From Gaiellales bacterium (GTDB taxonomy: Bacteria; Actinomycetota; Thermoleophilia; Gaiellales; JAICJC01): a stretch of DNA of 64,000 bases. The stretch lies in assembly GCA_036403155.1 (NCBI GenBank), contig DASWRM010000042.1, forward strand, positions 49,463 through 113,462, written 5' to 3'. The notes under the pieces are model-generated. The model did no database searches, was not told where the DNA came from, and saw nothing but the letters and a program-made list of their open reading frames with translations. This document shows, piece by piece, positions 46,835 through 58,603 of this stretch. How positions within the stretch are numbered: position 1 is the first letter of the stretch; the number at the start of each line of letters is the position of its first letter. The translations under genes were made by a program, and so were the position numbers.

Positions 46835-48355
46835 ATGACATCACTCGACCAGCAGCACTCTGACCCGTCCGACACCTGGATGATCGAGGTGGACGGGCAG
46901 TTGGTGCCCGACTACGACCGCACGCTGACCAACTTCAACGAGGGCGATGTCGTCACCGGCACGGTCGTCCGCGTCGACAAGGACGAGATCCTCGTCGACA
47001 TCGGATACAAGTCGGAGGGCGTCATCCCGATCTCCGAGCTGTCCATCCGGCGGTCGGTCAACCCCGACGACGAGGTTGCGCTCGGCGACGCGATCGACGC
47101 GCTCGTACTGCAGAAGGAAGATGCCGATGGGCGGCTGATCCTCTCCAAGAAGCGCGCCCGCTTCGAGAAGGCCTGGCGCCGGATCGAGGCCGCCGCCGAG
47201 AGCGGCGAGCCGGTCGAGGGACTCGTCATCGAGGTCGTCAAGGGCGGCCTGATCATCGACCTCGGCGTCCGTGGCTTCTTGCCCGCCTCGCTGGTCGACA
47301 TCCGCCGCGTCCAGGATCTGGACGAATACCGGGATCAGACGCTGCGGTGCAAGGTGATCGAGCTCAACCGCAGCCGCAACAACGTGGTGCTCTCGCGGCG
47401 CGCGGTGCTCGAGGAGGAGCGGCGCGAGCAGCGTCAGCAGATCCTCGACCGCCTGTCGCCCGGCACCGAGGTGGAGGGGGTCATCTCGAACATCGTCGAC
47501 TTCGGCGCGTTCGTCGACCTCGACGGGATCGACGGCCTGATCCACATCTCGGAGCTGTCGTGGAGCCACGTCAACCACCCGTCCGAGGTGCTCGAGATCG
47601 GCCAGAAGGTGCGCGTCAAGGTGCTCGACGTCGACCGCGACCGGCAGCGCATCTCGCTCGGTCTCAAGCAGACGCAGACGGACCCGTGGCAGCGCGTGAT
47701 CGACGAGACGCATCAGGGCGATGTCGTCGTCGGGCGCATCACCAAGGTGGTGACGTTTGGCGCCTTCGCCGAGATCCTGTCGGGGGTCGAGGGGCTCGTC
47801 CACATCTCCGAGCTGGCCGACCACCACGTCGAGAATCCCCGTGACGTCGTGAACCAGGGCGACGAGGTGAACGTCAAGGTGATCGAGATCGACGCCGAGC
47901 GCCGGCGCCTCTCGCTGTCGCTGAAGCGCGTCGAGCCGGGCGAGACGGTCAAGCGGATCGAGATGGACGGCACCACGACGGCCGTGAGCGACCAGCCGGT
48001 GCCCGAGCTGGGCCTGTCCTCGGAGGTCTTCGCGGACGCCGACCGGACCGAGCAGCCCGTGGACGGCGAGCCCGAGGCCGCGGCGAGCGAGCCGGAGCCG
48101 GCCGAGGAGGCCGCCGAGCCGGCTGCAGAGGCAGAGCCCACGGAGGAGCCGGCCGAGCCGGCCGCAGAGGCAGAGCCCGCGGAGGAGCCGGCCGAGCCGG
48201 CCGCGGAGGCAGAGCCCGCCGAGGAGGCACCGGAAGCGGAGGCGGCGGAGGAACAGCCGGCCGCGGAGGCCGAGGATCCGGGTGATCCGCCGGCGGTGGA
48301 CGACCCGGCCGGCGAGACAACGGCCGAGCCCGAAGAGGCGCTCGCAGAGGAGTAG
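46835..48355 (+). CDS. rpsA: 30S ribosomal protein S1 with acidic repeat tail
   Basis: Four S1 OB-fold modules (..GDVVTGTVVRVDKDEILVDIG.., ..VEGLVIEVVKGGLIIDLG.., ..VEGVISNIVDFGAFVDL.., ..VVGRITKVVTFGAFAEI..). TATACT at 46753-46758 suggests a ~70-nt leader. Confidence 0.95.
   Translation: MTSLDQQHSDPSDTWMIEVDGQLVPDYDRTLTNFNEGDVVTGTVVRVDKDEILVDIGYKSEGVIPISELSIRRSVNPDDEVALGDAIDALVLQKEDADGRLILSKKRARFEKAWRRIEAAAESGEPVEGLVIEVVKGGLIIDLGVRGFLPASLVDIRRVQDLDEYRDQTLRCKVIELNRSRNNVVLSRRAVLEEERREQRQQILDRLSPGTEVEGVISNIVDFGAFVDLDGIDGLIHISELSWSHVNHPSEVLEIGQKVRVKVLDVDRDRQRISLGLKQTQTDPWQRVIDETHQGDVVVGRITKVVTFGAFAEILSGVEGLVHISELADHHVENPRDVVNQGDEVNVKVIEIDAERRRLSLSLKRVEPGETVKRIEMDGTTTAVSDQPVPELGLSSEVFADADRTEQPVDGEPEAAASEPEPAEEAAEPAAEAEPTEEPAEPAAEAEPAEEPAEPAAEAEPAEEAPEAEAAEEQPAAEAEDPGDPPAVDDPAGETTAEPEEALAEE
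48113..48229 (+). repeat. Three tandem 39-nt units inside the rpsA 3' region
   Basis: Units 48113-48151, 48152-48190 and 48191-48229 (GCCGAGCCGGCYGCRGAGGCAGAGCCC..) encode AEPAAEAEP(T/A)EE(P/A) x3. Confidence 0.85.
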
Positions 48356-48357
48356 CG

Positions 48358-48924
48358 GTGGCCCTGGTCGTCGGACTCACCGGCGGCATCGGGTCGGGCA
48401 AGTCCGAAGCGCTCGCCGCGTTCGCCCGGCACGGCGCATCGACGCTCAGCAGCGACCAGATGGTGCGGGAGCTCTACGAGCGCGACGAGGTGCAGCGCGC
48501 GGTCGCCGAGCACTTCGGAGCCGGCGTTGTCGACGGCTCGGGTGCGGTCGACCGCGCCGCCATCGCGCGTCGCGTGTTCCGTGACGAGCGCGAGCGGCGG
48601 TGGCTCGAGGGGCTGCTGCTGCCGCTGCTGGCCGAGCGGTTCGCGCAGTGGCGCGACGAGCGGCTGGCTGCCGGCGACGCGCTGCTCGTGCACGAGGCGC
48701 CGACGCTCTTCGAGGCGGGGATCGAGGATCGCTACGACATGATCGTGCTCGTGACCGCGCCCGCGGACATCCGCGAGGCGCGCCGCCCGGGGGCCGCCGA
48801 GCGGATGGCGCACCAGCTGCCGGAGGACGAGAAGGCGGCGCGGGCGGACGTCGTCTACGAGAACACGGGCAGCCTCGAGCAGCTCGACCGCTGGGCCGCC
48901 GACCTCGTGGCGCGACTGGCGTGA
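48358..48924 (+). CDS. coaE: Dephospho-CoA kinase
   Basis: P-loop GLTGGIGSGKS. GTG start 2 nt after the rpsA stop. Confidence 0.9.
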   Translation: MALVVGLTGGIGSGKSEALAAFARHGASTLSSDQMVRELYERDEVQRAVAEHFGAGVVDGSGAVDRAAIARRVFRDERERRWLEGLLLPLLAERFAQWRDERLAAGDALLVHEAPTLFEAGIEDRYDMIVLVTAPADIREARRPGAAERMAHQLPEDEKAARADVVYENTGSLEQLDRWAADLVARLA

Positions 48925-49499
48925 GGCGCGCGCTGCTGGTGCTGCTGGCCGTGGCGCTGGCCGGGGCGGGGGCGTTCGGCGTGCTTCAGCACGAGCAGCC
49001 GGGGTGGTGGGTGCGGCTGTGGTATCCGCTCGACTACCGGCAGGTCGTCGTCGGCAACGCGCGGCTCTACCACCTCGACCCCGCGCTCGTGGCTGCGGTG
49101 GTCTACGAGGAGTCGCAGTTCGACGCGCAGGCGCGAAGCGGCGCCGGCGCGGTCGGCCTGATGCAGCTGCTGCCCGACACGGCGCGCGGGATCGCCATCC
49201 ACACCGGCGGGACGAAGTTCCACCCGGCCACCGACCTGCTCGATCCTGATCTGAACGTCCGCTACGGCTGCTGGTACCTGCGCCACCTGCGTCAGAAGTA
49301 CGCCGAGTACCCGAACGGGGACGAGCTGGCGCTCGCCGCATACAACGCGGGGCAGGCGAACGTCGACGCGTGGATCGCCGCAACGACACCCGGCGCGACC
49401 GTGCAGATCCGGTTCCCCGGTACCCGCGACTACGTCACGGATGTCATGCACCTGGAAACGCTGTACCGGAGGGCGTACCACTCCGAGCTGTACGGCTGA
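48921..49499 (+). CDS. Lytic transglycosylase (SLT domain), membrane-anchored
   Basis: GTGA overlap with coaE. TM LLVLLAVALAGAGAF. SLT motifs EESQFD..AGAVGLMQLLPDTA..AYNAG. Confidence 0.85.
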   Translation: MRRALLVLLAVALAGAGAFGVLQHEQPGWWVRLWYPLDYRQVVVGNARLYHLDPALVAAVVYEESQFDAQARSGAGAVGLMQLLPDTARGIAIHTGGTKFHPATDLLDPDLNVRYGCWYLRHLRQKYAEYPNGDELALAAYNAGQANVDAWIAATTPGATVQIRFPGTRDYVTDVMHLETLYRRAYHSELYG

Positions 49500-49526
49500 G
49501 GGAGCGGCCGGCAGGTGCGATGACGG

Positions 49527-50225
49527 TCAGCCCGCCGTCGCGGCGATCACCACCCGGCCCGCCACGCGGCTCGATCGCGTCACGGCGAATCCGGCCGAGA
49601 GCACGGCCGCCTCGAGCTCGAGCGGTGCGATCGGGTGCAGGTCGACCTCGTGCGTGCGGATGCCGCGGGAGTCTTCGATCTCGAGCGTGTAGACGATCAG
49701 GTCGGCGCCGCGGTATGCGAAGCGCGCCTCGGCGCGGGCCACGGCGTCGTCGCGCCACACCCCGCCCTTGATCCGCTCGCTGAAGTCCCTGATCGCCACC
49801 ATCAGCGCGCCGCCCTCGCGCGTGCAGTCGCGAAGCTCGCGCAGCGCCTGGGGCACATGGCTCGGCTCGAGCATCGGGAGCGCGTTGCCGACCGAGATAA
49901 CGGCGTCGTAGCGTGCACCGAGCGCATCGGCCAGGCCGAGCAGGCCGGCGCTCCGGTACGTCACGTCCGGGAAGCGGTCTCGCGCCCGCTGCACCATCGC
50001 CGGCGATGCGTCGCACGCGGTCACCGTCCAGCCCGTTCGCCGGGCTGCGTCGATCGAGAGCCCGGAGCCGCAGCTCGCGTCGAGCAGCCTGCCGTTCGGC
50101 ACCACGGGCAGGTGCCCGTTCATGATCTGGACGAGCCGCTCCACCTGCGCGTCCCAGTTCGCGTAGATGAGGTCGTAGTCCGCCGCGACGGCCGCGTCGT
50201 TCAGGTGTGCGGGCGAGGGCGTCAC
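49527..50225 (-). CDS. Class I SAM-dependent methyltransferase
   Basis: Motif I LLDASCGSGL. I prefer GTG 50225 (VTPSPAHLND..) with TACGGT 6 nt upstream (minus strand, 50232-50237) over track start 50285, which would overlap the uvrB ATG. Confidence 0.8.
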   Translation of the reverse strand: MTPSPAHLNDAAVAADYDLIYANWDAQVERLVQIMNGHLPVVPNGRLLDASCGSGLSIDAARRTGWTVTACDASPAMVQRARDRFPDVTYRSAGLLGLADALGARYDAVISVGNALPMLEPSHVPQALRELRDCTREGGALMVAIRDFSERIKGGVWRDDAVARAEARFAYRGADLIVYTLEIEDSRGIRTHEVDLHPIAPLELEAAVLSAGFAVTRSSRVAGRVVIAATAG

Positions 50226-50256
50226 CGGGCAACCGTATACCTGCTTGCGGCCACCA

Positions 50257-50277
50257 CGAACGGGCGTTCGATAGACT
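50257..50277 (+). promoter_or_regulatory. LexA SOS box CGAACGGGCGTTCG abutting the uvrB -10 TAGACT
   Basis: CGAAC-N4-GTTCG at 50257-50270. TAGACT at 50272-50277, 6 nt before the uvrB ATG 50284. Confidence 0.7.
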
Positions 50278-50283
50278 TCGGCC

Positions 50284-52282
<1,999 letters not shown>

Positions 52283-52287
<5 letters not shown>

Positions 52288-52317
52288 AAAAAAAGTGCCA
52301 GGCACCTTTTTTTCACC
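52283..52317. terminator. A8/T7-containing 17-bp palindrome (bidirectional terminator-like), includes the uvrB stop codon
   Basis: GGTGAAAAAAAAGTGCC-A-GGCACCTTTTTTTCACC, one mismatch. It is the only long A/T tract I saw in the window. Confidence 0.7.
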
Positions 52318-52382
52318 GACGGTCACCGCCGTCTTCCCGACGCTGGTAGCATCGACCGCCCATCGACGGTAGGCGGTAACAG

Positions 52383-52937
52383 ATCCCGCGTCACGCTCAC
52401 GCTCCGAACGAGCTCGACCTCGTCCTCAGCTTCATCAACTCGGCCCAGCTCGAGCGCCGCTTCGACCTGTTCGACAGCACGGAGTCGCTCTCCGGGTGGC
52501 TGCACGGCCGCCGGCTGCTGAGCACGCACCTCGCCGCCGAGAACGGGGACGTCGACGTGGCGATCGCCGTGCGGGAGGCGCTGCGCGACCTGGCCGGCGC
52601 GAACTGCGGGCTGTCGATGCCCGACGCGTCGAGCGCGCGGCTGGACGCGGTATCGCTGGCCTGCGGCCTGCGGCCCCGCTTCGACCCGGGCGGAGGCGTC
52701 TCGCTCGCACCGGAGGTCGGCGGGGTGGCCGGAGCGCTCGGGCGGCTGCTCGGCATCGTCGTCGCGGCGGTCGGGACGGGCGACTGGTCGCGGGTGAAGA
52801 CGTGCCGCAACCCAGCGTGCCGGTGGGCCTTCTTCGATGCGACCCGCAACCGGTCGGCGGTGTGGTGCGACATGGCGGTGTGCGGCAGCCGCGCGAAGTC
52901 GCGACGCTACCACGCGCGGCAGCGGTCGCTCACGTAG
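52383..52937 (+). CDS. ABATE/CGNR zinc-finger protein, with no canonical start codon for the N-terminal domain
   Basis: C-terminus ..CRNPACRWAFFDATRNRSAVWCDMAVCGSRAKSRRYH.. (CGNR). GC3-rich ABATE-like N-part (..LDLVLSFINSAQLE..SLSGWLHGRRLL..) is in frame from 52380, but there is no ATG/GTG/TTG before GTG 52557 (the track start). ATC 52383 lies 6 nt after AGGCGG. Confidence 0.6.
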   Translation: MPRHAHAPNELDLVLSFINSAQLERRFDLFDSTESLSGWLHGRRLLSTHLAAENGDVDVAIAVREALRDLAGANCGLSMPDASSARLDAVSLACGLRPRFDPGGGVSLAPEVGGVAGALGRLLGIVVAAVGTGDWSRVKTCRNPACRWAFFDATRNRSAVWCDMAVCGSRAKSRRYHARQRSLT

Positions 52938-52977
52938 ACGGAGGACATCGCCGGCCGGCCGCGAACTGGACGAGTCC

Positions 52978-53541
52978 ATGAGCCGCGTCGACCGCCTCGT
53001 CTCGTCCTCCGAACGGATCCATCTGGTGACCCGTGAGCACGGGGTCGTCCTGCTGCGGCCGTTCCTGCGCTCGACGCTCGCCGTCCTGCTGTTCGGCGGG
53101 GGTGCCTACGAGCTGGCCGGCTCGCCCGCGCCCGCGCCGGTGCGCTGGGCCGCCGCGCTGCTGGCCGGCGTGGTCGTCGCCGTCTCGATGCTCGGGCTGC
53201 TCCGGCGCGTCAGCCGCTGGAACGCACGGCGCCTGGTCGTGACCGACAGGCGCGTGCTCCTGACCTCGGGCCTGCTCGCCCGGCGCGTGAGCGCCGTGCC
53301 GCTGCACGCGCTGGACGACCTCCAGATCCACGTATCGGGCGCGGGCCGGCTGCTGCGGTACGGCTGCGTGGTCGCGAGCGCCAACGGGCGCCGCGGACCG
53401 CTGTTCGGCTTGCGACGGCTGCCTGATCCCGACCTCGTCTTCGCGCTGCTGCTCGGCCTGGACGAGGAGGAGTGGGACGACGCACCGGAGCCCGCGCCGC
53501 TCGGCGGGCGGCACGCGCCCGGCGCCCTCAGTATCCACTGA
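52978..53541 (+). CDS. Membrane protein with bacterial PH (bPH_2/DUF304-like) domain
   Basis: Internal ATG of track ORF 52837..53541. Two TM helices followed by ..RRLVVTDRRVLLTSGLLARRVSAVPLHALDDLQI... Confidence 0.65.
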   Translation: MSRVDRLVSSSERIHLVTREHGVVLLRPFLRSTLAVLLFGGGAYELAGSPAPAPVRWAAALLAGVVVAVSMLGLLRRVSRWNARRLVVTDRRVLLTSGLLARRVSAVPLHALDDLQIHVSGAGRLLRYGCVVASANGRRGPLFGLRRLPDPDLVFALLLGLDEEEWDDAPEPAPLGGRHAPGALSIH

Positions 53542-55111
53542 CCACGACCCACAGGCGACCGTACGCGGCCAGGAGGTGGCGCGGAACGTACGGAACGTGG
53601 TAACGGTGAACGATGTGCAGCGTCGTCGGGTCGATCTGCACGATCTCGTGCTTCGTCGGAGCGGCGATCCACAGGCTGTCCCCCGCGGCGGCGACGTCCA
53701 CTGTCAGCGGCGCGACCGGCGCCCCGACATCGACCGTTCGCACAGCCTTCGTCGACGGGTCGATCTCCGCCAGCGTCTGGGGCACGCTGGCCTGGCCGAG
53801 GCTCGCAACCCAGACCGCGTGAAAGGCTACGGTGATCCCGCTGAGCCCGTTGACACCGTCAGGGAGTTGGTAGACGGTGCGGGTGCCGGTCACGGCAGCG
53901 ATCCGTTCAACCGTGTGCGCCTCGGTCGCGACCCACGCGGCATGCTCGCCGACCGCGACCGCGGCCGGCGGCGGGATGCGGACGGGCATCGGGTGAAACC
54001 GGTCGTCCGACGCGTCATACCGGAAGATCCGCCCGGAGTGGCAGAAGACCCACGGGACGCCGCCTACGTCCGCCACGTATTGCGGCACCCCGGGAAGCCT
54101 GTACGTCGCCGCGACGGTATTCGAGTTGGTGTTGATCTTGATCACGCTGCTGGCGGCGTTCGCCACCCACAGCCAGCCGGCACTGACTGCAAGGCCAGCA
54201 GAATCGACCTGATTCGGCGACCCGTCCGCTGTGTTGATCGTCGCGGCCCGTGTCAGCGTGTCGCCGGACACTCGCACCATGGTGACGAGCTGCTTCGCGT
54301 AGCTGAACGTCGCGAGTTGGCGGCCTGGCGTTGCCGCAGGCGTGGTGCCCGCGGGATCCACGACGTGCACGTCCTGCAGCAGTCGCCCGGTTCGCGGGTC
54401 GATCTCCGCCACCGACGACGCATGGAACCGCGGCCCGTCGTCTCCGCGCAGGTGTTCCTCCACGATCGCCCCCGCACCAATCACCGCCGCCAGCACGACC
54501 GCCGCAGCCGCGAACCGGCGCGGACGCGGCCTGGCGGCCGGCGGCGCCGTAATGGATCCCTGCCGCCTTGCGGCCTCCTCCGGCGTGAGCGGCTTCGCCA
54601 CCGGTTTGCCGTCCACCGCCCGCACGGCATAGAGGTGCACGTCCGATGGAATCCCCTTCAGCCGGTGCACGCCGCGGTCCTCGAAGGACAGGGCCGCTCC
54701 GGCAACCAGGTCCCGAAGCACGCCTGAGACGAGCACCTCGCCTGCGCCGGCCCGTCCCATGATCCTCGCGCCGACGTGCACCGCCATGCCGCCCACGGCT
54801 CGCCCCGCGCGTTCCACCTGGCCCGCCGTCAGGCCAGCTCGCACCTCGATGCCCCAGGGCCGGACGGCTTCCACGATCTCGCAGCCACACCGGATGGCGG
54901 CCTCCTGATCGTCGAACACGGCGAAGAACCCGTCCCCGGCCGTGTCGACCTCCCTACCGGCGTGCCGCCGCAGCGCCGTGCGCACGGCGGCGTGATGGTG
55001 GGCCAGCAGGACCTGCCAGCGGCTGTCCCCGATCTCCGCGAGGACCGAAGAGGAGCGGACGATGTCCGTGAAGAGAATCGTCGCCAGCACGCGCTCGCGT
55101 CGACGGCGCAT
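53528..55111 (-). CDS. Class III adenylate/guanylate cyclase with TM helix and extracytoplasmic beta-propeller-like domain
   Basis: Cyclase core ..[30 protein letters not shown]... [20 protein letters not shown]. About 330 aa of repeat-rich C-terminal domain. Confidence 0.85.
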   Translation of the reverse strand: MRRRRERVLATILFTDIVRSSSVLAEIGDSRWQVLLAHHHAAVRTALRRHAGREVDTAGDGFFAVFDDQEAAIRCGCEIVEAVRPWGIEVRAGLTAGQVERAGRAVGGMAVHVGARIMGRAGAGEVLVSGVLRDLVAGAALSFEDRGVHRLKGIPSDVHLYAVRAVDGKPVAKPLTPEEAARRQGSITAPPAARPRPRRFAAAAVVLAAVIGAGAIVEEHLRGDDGPRFHASSVAEIDPRTGRLLQDVHVVDPAGTTPAATPGRQLATFSYAKQLVTMVRVSGDTLTRAATINTADGSPNQVDSAGLAVSAGWLWVANAASSVIKINTNSNTVAATYRLPGVPQYVADVGGVPWVFCHSGRIFRYDASDDRFHPMPVRIPPPAAVAVGEHAAWVATEAHTVERIAAVTGTRTVYQLPDGVNGLSGITVAFHAVWVASLGQASVPQTLAEIDPSTKAVRTVDVGAPVAPLTVDVAAAGDSLWIAAPTKHEIVQIDPTTLHIVHRYHVPYVPRHLLAAYGRLWVVVSGY

Positions 55112-55182
55112 GCGGCAATCGTCTCAAGCGGAGCGGCACGATGCACCTCACTCACCGTCCAGCTGCACTGCTACAGTTCCAG

Positions 55183-55218
55183 CGAACATGCGTTCGCCTG
55201 AGCAGTCACTGCTAGAAT
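55183..55218 (+). promoter_or_regulatory. LexA SOS box CGAACATGCGTTCG plus -10 TAGAAT upstream of uvrA
   Basis: CGAAC-N4-GTTCG at 55183-55196. TAGAAT at 55213-55218. uvrA GTG at 55260. Confidence 0.7.
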
Positions 55219-55259
55219 CCCAGTCTCTTCCGCTTGATCAAGCCAGTTTTGGGGGGTAC

Positions 55260-58103
55260 GTGCCGAGCGACGAGATCGTGATCCGGGGCGCCCGGGAGCA
55301 CAACCTGAAGGACGTCACGGTCTCGCTGCCACGCGATCGACTCGTCGTCATCACCGGCCTCTCCGGGTCGGGTAAGTCCAGCCTTGCGTTCGACACGCTG
55401 TATGCCGAGGGCCAGCGGCGCTACGTCGAGTCACTCAGCGCCTACGCGCGCCAGTTCCTGGGCCAGATGGACAAGCCGGACGTCGACTCGATCGACGGCC
55501 TGTCGCCGGCGATCTCCATCGACCAGAAGACGACGACGCGCAATCCCCGGTCGACCGTCGGCACGGTCACGGAGATCTACGACTACCTCCGCCTGCTGTA
55601 CGCGCGGGTCGGTCAGCCGCACTGCCCCAAGTGCGGCAAGCCGATCTCCGGCCAGTCGGCCGAGCAGATCGTCGACCAGGTGATGGGCCTGCCCGAGGGC
55701 ACGCGGTTCACCGTCGACGCGCCCATCGTGCGCGGCCGAAAGGGCGAGTTCAAGGACCTGTTCGACGAGCTGCGCGCGGACGGCTATACGCGGGTGAAGG
55801 TGGACGGCGAGCAGCACCTCCTGGAGGAGCCGCCCGTGCTGGACAAGCAGATCCGCCACACCATCTCGGTGGTCGTCGACCGGCTGGTGATGAAGCCGGG
55901 GCTGCGCGCCAGGCTGGCCGACTCGATAGAGACGGCGCTGCGCCTCGCCGAGGGCCTGATCGAGGTGAGCGAGGTGGAGGGGCCGGCGCGCACGTTCTCC
56001 GAGAAGTTCGCCTGCCCCGACGACGGCATCTCGCTGCCGGAGCTGGCGCCGCGCATCTTCTCGTTCAACTCGCCGCACGGCGCGTGCCCGCGCTGCACCG
56101 GCCTGGGGATGCAGCGCGAGATCGACCCGGACCTGATCGTGCCCGATCCGGGCCTGTCGATCGCCGAAGGGGCGCTCGTCCCGTGGACGGTGATCAACAG
56201 CAACTTCTATGAGCAGGTGATCCAGGCGATCGCCGAGCGCTACGAGATCGACCTCGACACGCCGTGGCGGGACCTGTCCGAGCGCGAGCGCAGCCTGTTC
56301 CTCTACGGGACCGAGGGTGACAAGATCTACGTCGCCTACCGCAACCGGATGGGCCGCAGGCGCAACTACACGCTGGCGTTCGAGGGCATCGTCCCCGGTC
56401 TCGAGCGGCGGTACCGCGAGACCGACTCGACGCTCCAGAAGGAGCGGATCGAGGAGTACATGACCCTGAAGCCGTGCCCCCAGTGCCACGGCGCGCGGCT
56501 CAAGGACACGAGCCTCGCCGTCACGGTGAATGGCCGCAACATCTCGCAGTTCACGGAGATGCCGGTCGAGCGGGCGATCACCTTCGTCGACGGACTCGAG
56601 CTGACGGACACCGAACGGGCGATCGGCGCCCGGATCCTCAAGGAGATCACCGAGCGGCTGAACTTCCTCGAGAACGTCGGCGTCGGCTATCTGACGCTCG
56701 ACCGGGCGGCCGCAAGCCTCTCAGGCGGTGAGGCGCAGCGGATCCGCCTGGCCACGCAGATCGGCTCCAGCCTGATGGGCGTGCTGTACATCCTCGACGA
56801 GCCGTCGATCGGCCTCCACCAGCGCGACAATGCGCGGCTGCTGGCCACGCTCACGCGGCTGCGCGACCTCGGCAACACCGTGATCGTCGTCGAGCACGAC
56901 GAGGACACGATGCGCTCGGCCGACCACCTGGTCGACATGGGGCCGGGCGCCGGGGAGCACGGCGGGAAGGTGGTCGCGGTCGGCACGGCTGCGGAGGTGA
57001 TGGCGAACCCCGATTCGATCACCGGCGCGTATCTCAGCGGCCGGCGCGAGATCCCCGTGCCGGAGCGGCGGATCCACGACGCCGGGTGGTTCGGCGTCGA
57101 AGGGGCCTCGGAGCACAACCTGAAGGACATCGACGTCGAGATGCCGGTCGGCAAGCTGATCTGCGTGACCGGCGTGTCCGGCTCGGGCAAGAGCACGCTC
57201 GTCAACGAGGTGGTCTACAAGGCGCTCGCCAACCGCGTCACGCGGAGCCGGGTGAAGCCGGGCGCGCACCGGTCGGCGCACGGGTTCGAAGCGTTCGACA
57301 AGGTGATCGACATCGACCAGTCCCCGATCGGGCGAACGCCGCGCTCCAACCCTGCCACCTACACGGGCCTGTTCGACCACATCCGGTCGCTCTACGCACA
57401 GACGCCCGAGTCCAAGACACGCGGCTACAAGCCGGGCAGGTTCTCCTTCAACGTCAAGGGCGGCCGCTGCGAGAACTGCCGGGGCGACGGCACGATCAAG
57501 ATCGAGATGCACTTCCTGCCCGACGTGTACATCAACTGCGACGTCTGCCACGGCCGGCGGTACAACCGCGAGACGCTCCAGGTGAAGTTCAAGGGCAAGT
57601 CGATCGCCGATGTGCTGGACATGCCGGTGGAGGAGGCCCTCGAGTTCTTCGCCAAGATCCCGAAGCTGCGCCGGCGGCTGCAGACGCTGCACGACGTCGG
57701 GCTCGACTACATGCGGCTGGGCCAGCCGGCGACGACGCTCTCCGGCGGCGAGGCGCAGCGGGTCAAGCTGGCGACCGAGCTGTCCAAGGTGGCGACCGGG
57801 CGAACGCTCTACATCCTGGACGAGCCGACGACAGGCCTGCACATGTACGACGTCGAGAAGCTCCTGGACGTGCTGCAGCGGCTGGCCGACGCGGGCAACA
57901 CCGTGCTCGTGATCGAGCACAATCTCGACGTGATCAAGCAGGCCGACTGGGTCGTAGACCTCGGCCCCGAGGGCGGCTATCGCGGCGGCGAGATCATCGC
58001 GCAGGGCACGCCGGAGGAGGTGGCCGAGACTCCGGGGAGCGCCACCGGCGAGTTCCTGCGGCGCGTGCTTCCGGTCTACGAGACTGAACGCGCGCTTGTC
58101 TGA
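55260..58103 (+). CDS. uvrA: Excinuclease ABC subunit A
   Basis: Internal GTG of track ORF 55062..58103 ([19 protein letters not shown]..). Two ABC modules ([23 protein letters not shown]). CxxC zinc modules. Confidence 0.96.
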   Translation: MPSDEIVIRGAREHNLKDVTVSLPRDRLVVITGLSGSGKSSLAFDTLYAEGQRRYVESLSAYARQFLGQMDKPDVDSIDGLSPAISIDQKTTTRNPRSTVGTVTEIYDYLRLLYARVGQPHCPKCGKPISGQSAEQIVDQVMGLPEGTRFTVDAPIVRGRKGEFKDLFDELRADGYTRVKVDGEQHLLEEPPVLDKQIRHTISVVVDRLVMKPGLRARLADSIETALRLAEGLIEVSEVEGPARTFSEKFACPDDGISLPELAPRIFSFNSPHGACPRCTGLGMQREIDPDLIVPDPGLSIAEGALVPWTVINSNFYEQVIQAIAERYEIDLDTPWRDLSERERSLFLYGTEGDKIYVAYRNRMGRRRNYTLAFEGIVPGLERRYRETDSTLQKERIEEYMTLKPCPQCHGARLKDTSLAVTVNGRNISQFTEMPVERAITFVDGLELTDTERAIGARILKEITERLNFLENVGVGYLTLDRAAASLSGGEAQRIRLATQIGSSLMGVLYILDEPSIGLHQRDNARLLATLTRLRDLGNTVIVVEHDEDTMRSADHLVDMGPGAGEHGGKVVAVGTAAEVMANPDSITGAYLSGRREIPVPERRIHDAGWFGVEGASEHNLKDIDVEMPVGKLICVTGVSGSGKSTLVNEVVYKALANRVTRSRVKPGAHRSAHGFEAFDKVIDIDQSPIGRTPRSNPATYTGLFDHIRSLYAQTPESKTRGYKPGRFSFNVKGGRCENCRGDGTIKIEMHFLPDVYINCDVCHGRRYNRETLQVKFKGKSIADVLDMPVEEALEFFAKIPKLRRRLQTLHDVGLDYMRLGQPATTLSGGEAQRVKLATELSKVATGRTLYILDEPTTGLHMYDVEKLLDVLQRLADAGNTVLVIEHNLDVIKQADWVVDLGPEGGYRGGEIIAQGTPEEVAETPGSATGEFLRRVLPVYETERALV

Positions 58104-58554
58104 GCTTCTCCCGGAGCTCTCCATCCGCGTTCGCGGAGTGATCGTGCGGGACGACGGGGCGGTGCTCATGGACCGCACGCACCACGACGACCGGGCGGTC
58201 TTCTACTGGCTCCCCGGCGGCGGCCTCGAGCCCGGTGAGACCTCGGAGCAGTGCCTGCAGCGGGAGCTGATGGAGGAAGCGGCCCTGGAGATCGAGGTCG
58301 GCCGGCTGCTCTACGTCAGCGAGAACGTCTTCACCGAGAGCGGCGACCACCGCCACGAGGTGATCCTGTACCGGCTCGCGGCGGTCCGCAGCGGGCCGCA
58401 CGGCGCTCCCAGCGACCCGCGCATGCATGAGTGGCACCGCCCCGGCAGCCAGCCCGGGCCGCTGCTCCCAGAGGCCGTGGCCCGCGAGCTCGAGGTCGAC
58501 CTGAAGGACGGGTTCCGGCGGCCGATCCAGCACCTGGTGTCGCCGCAATCCTGA
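58096..58554 (+). CDS. NUDIX hydrolase
   Basis: Nudix box [27 protein letters not shown] start overlapping the uvrA end. Confidence 0.85.
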   Translation: MSELLPELSIRVRGVIVRDDGAVLMDRTHHDDRAVFYWLPGGGLEPGETSEQCLQRELMEEAALEIEVGRLLYVSENVFTESGDHRHEVILYRLAAVRSGPHGAPSDPRMHEWHRPGSQPGPLLPEAVARELEVDLKDGFRRPIQHLVSPQS

Positions 58555-58603
58555 TGCCGGAGCGCGTGGCACGGCATAGACTCGGCCTCGTGGGAGCCGA
58601 CGC

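Noticed and set aside
52321-52340. Direct repeat TCACCGACG / GTCACCGCCG just after the uvrB palindrome as a possible insertion-site duplication
   Set aside because: The repeat is short and imperfect, and no associated mobile-element gene or terminal inverted repeats are present.
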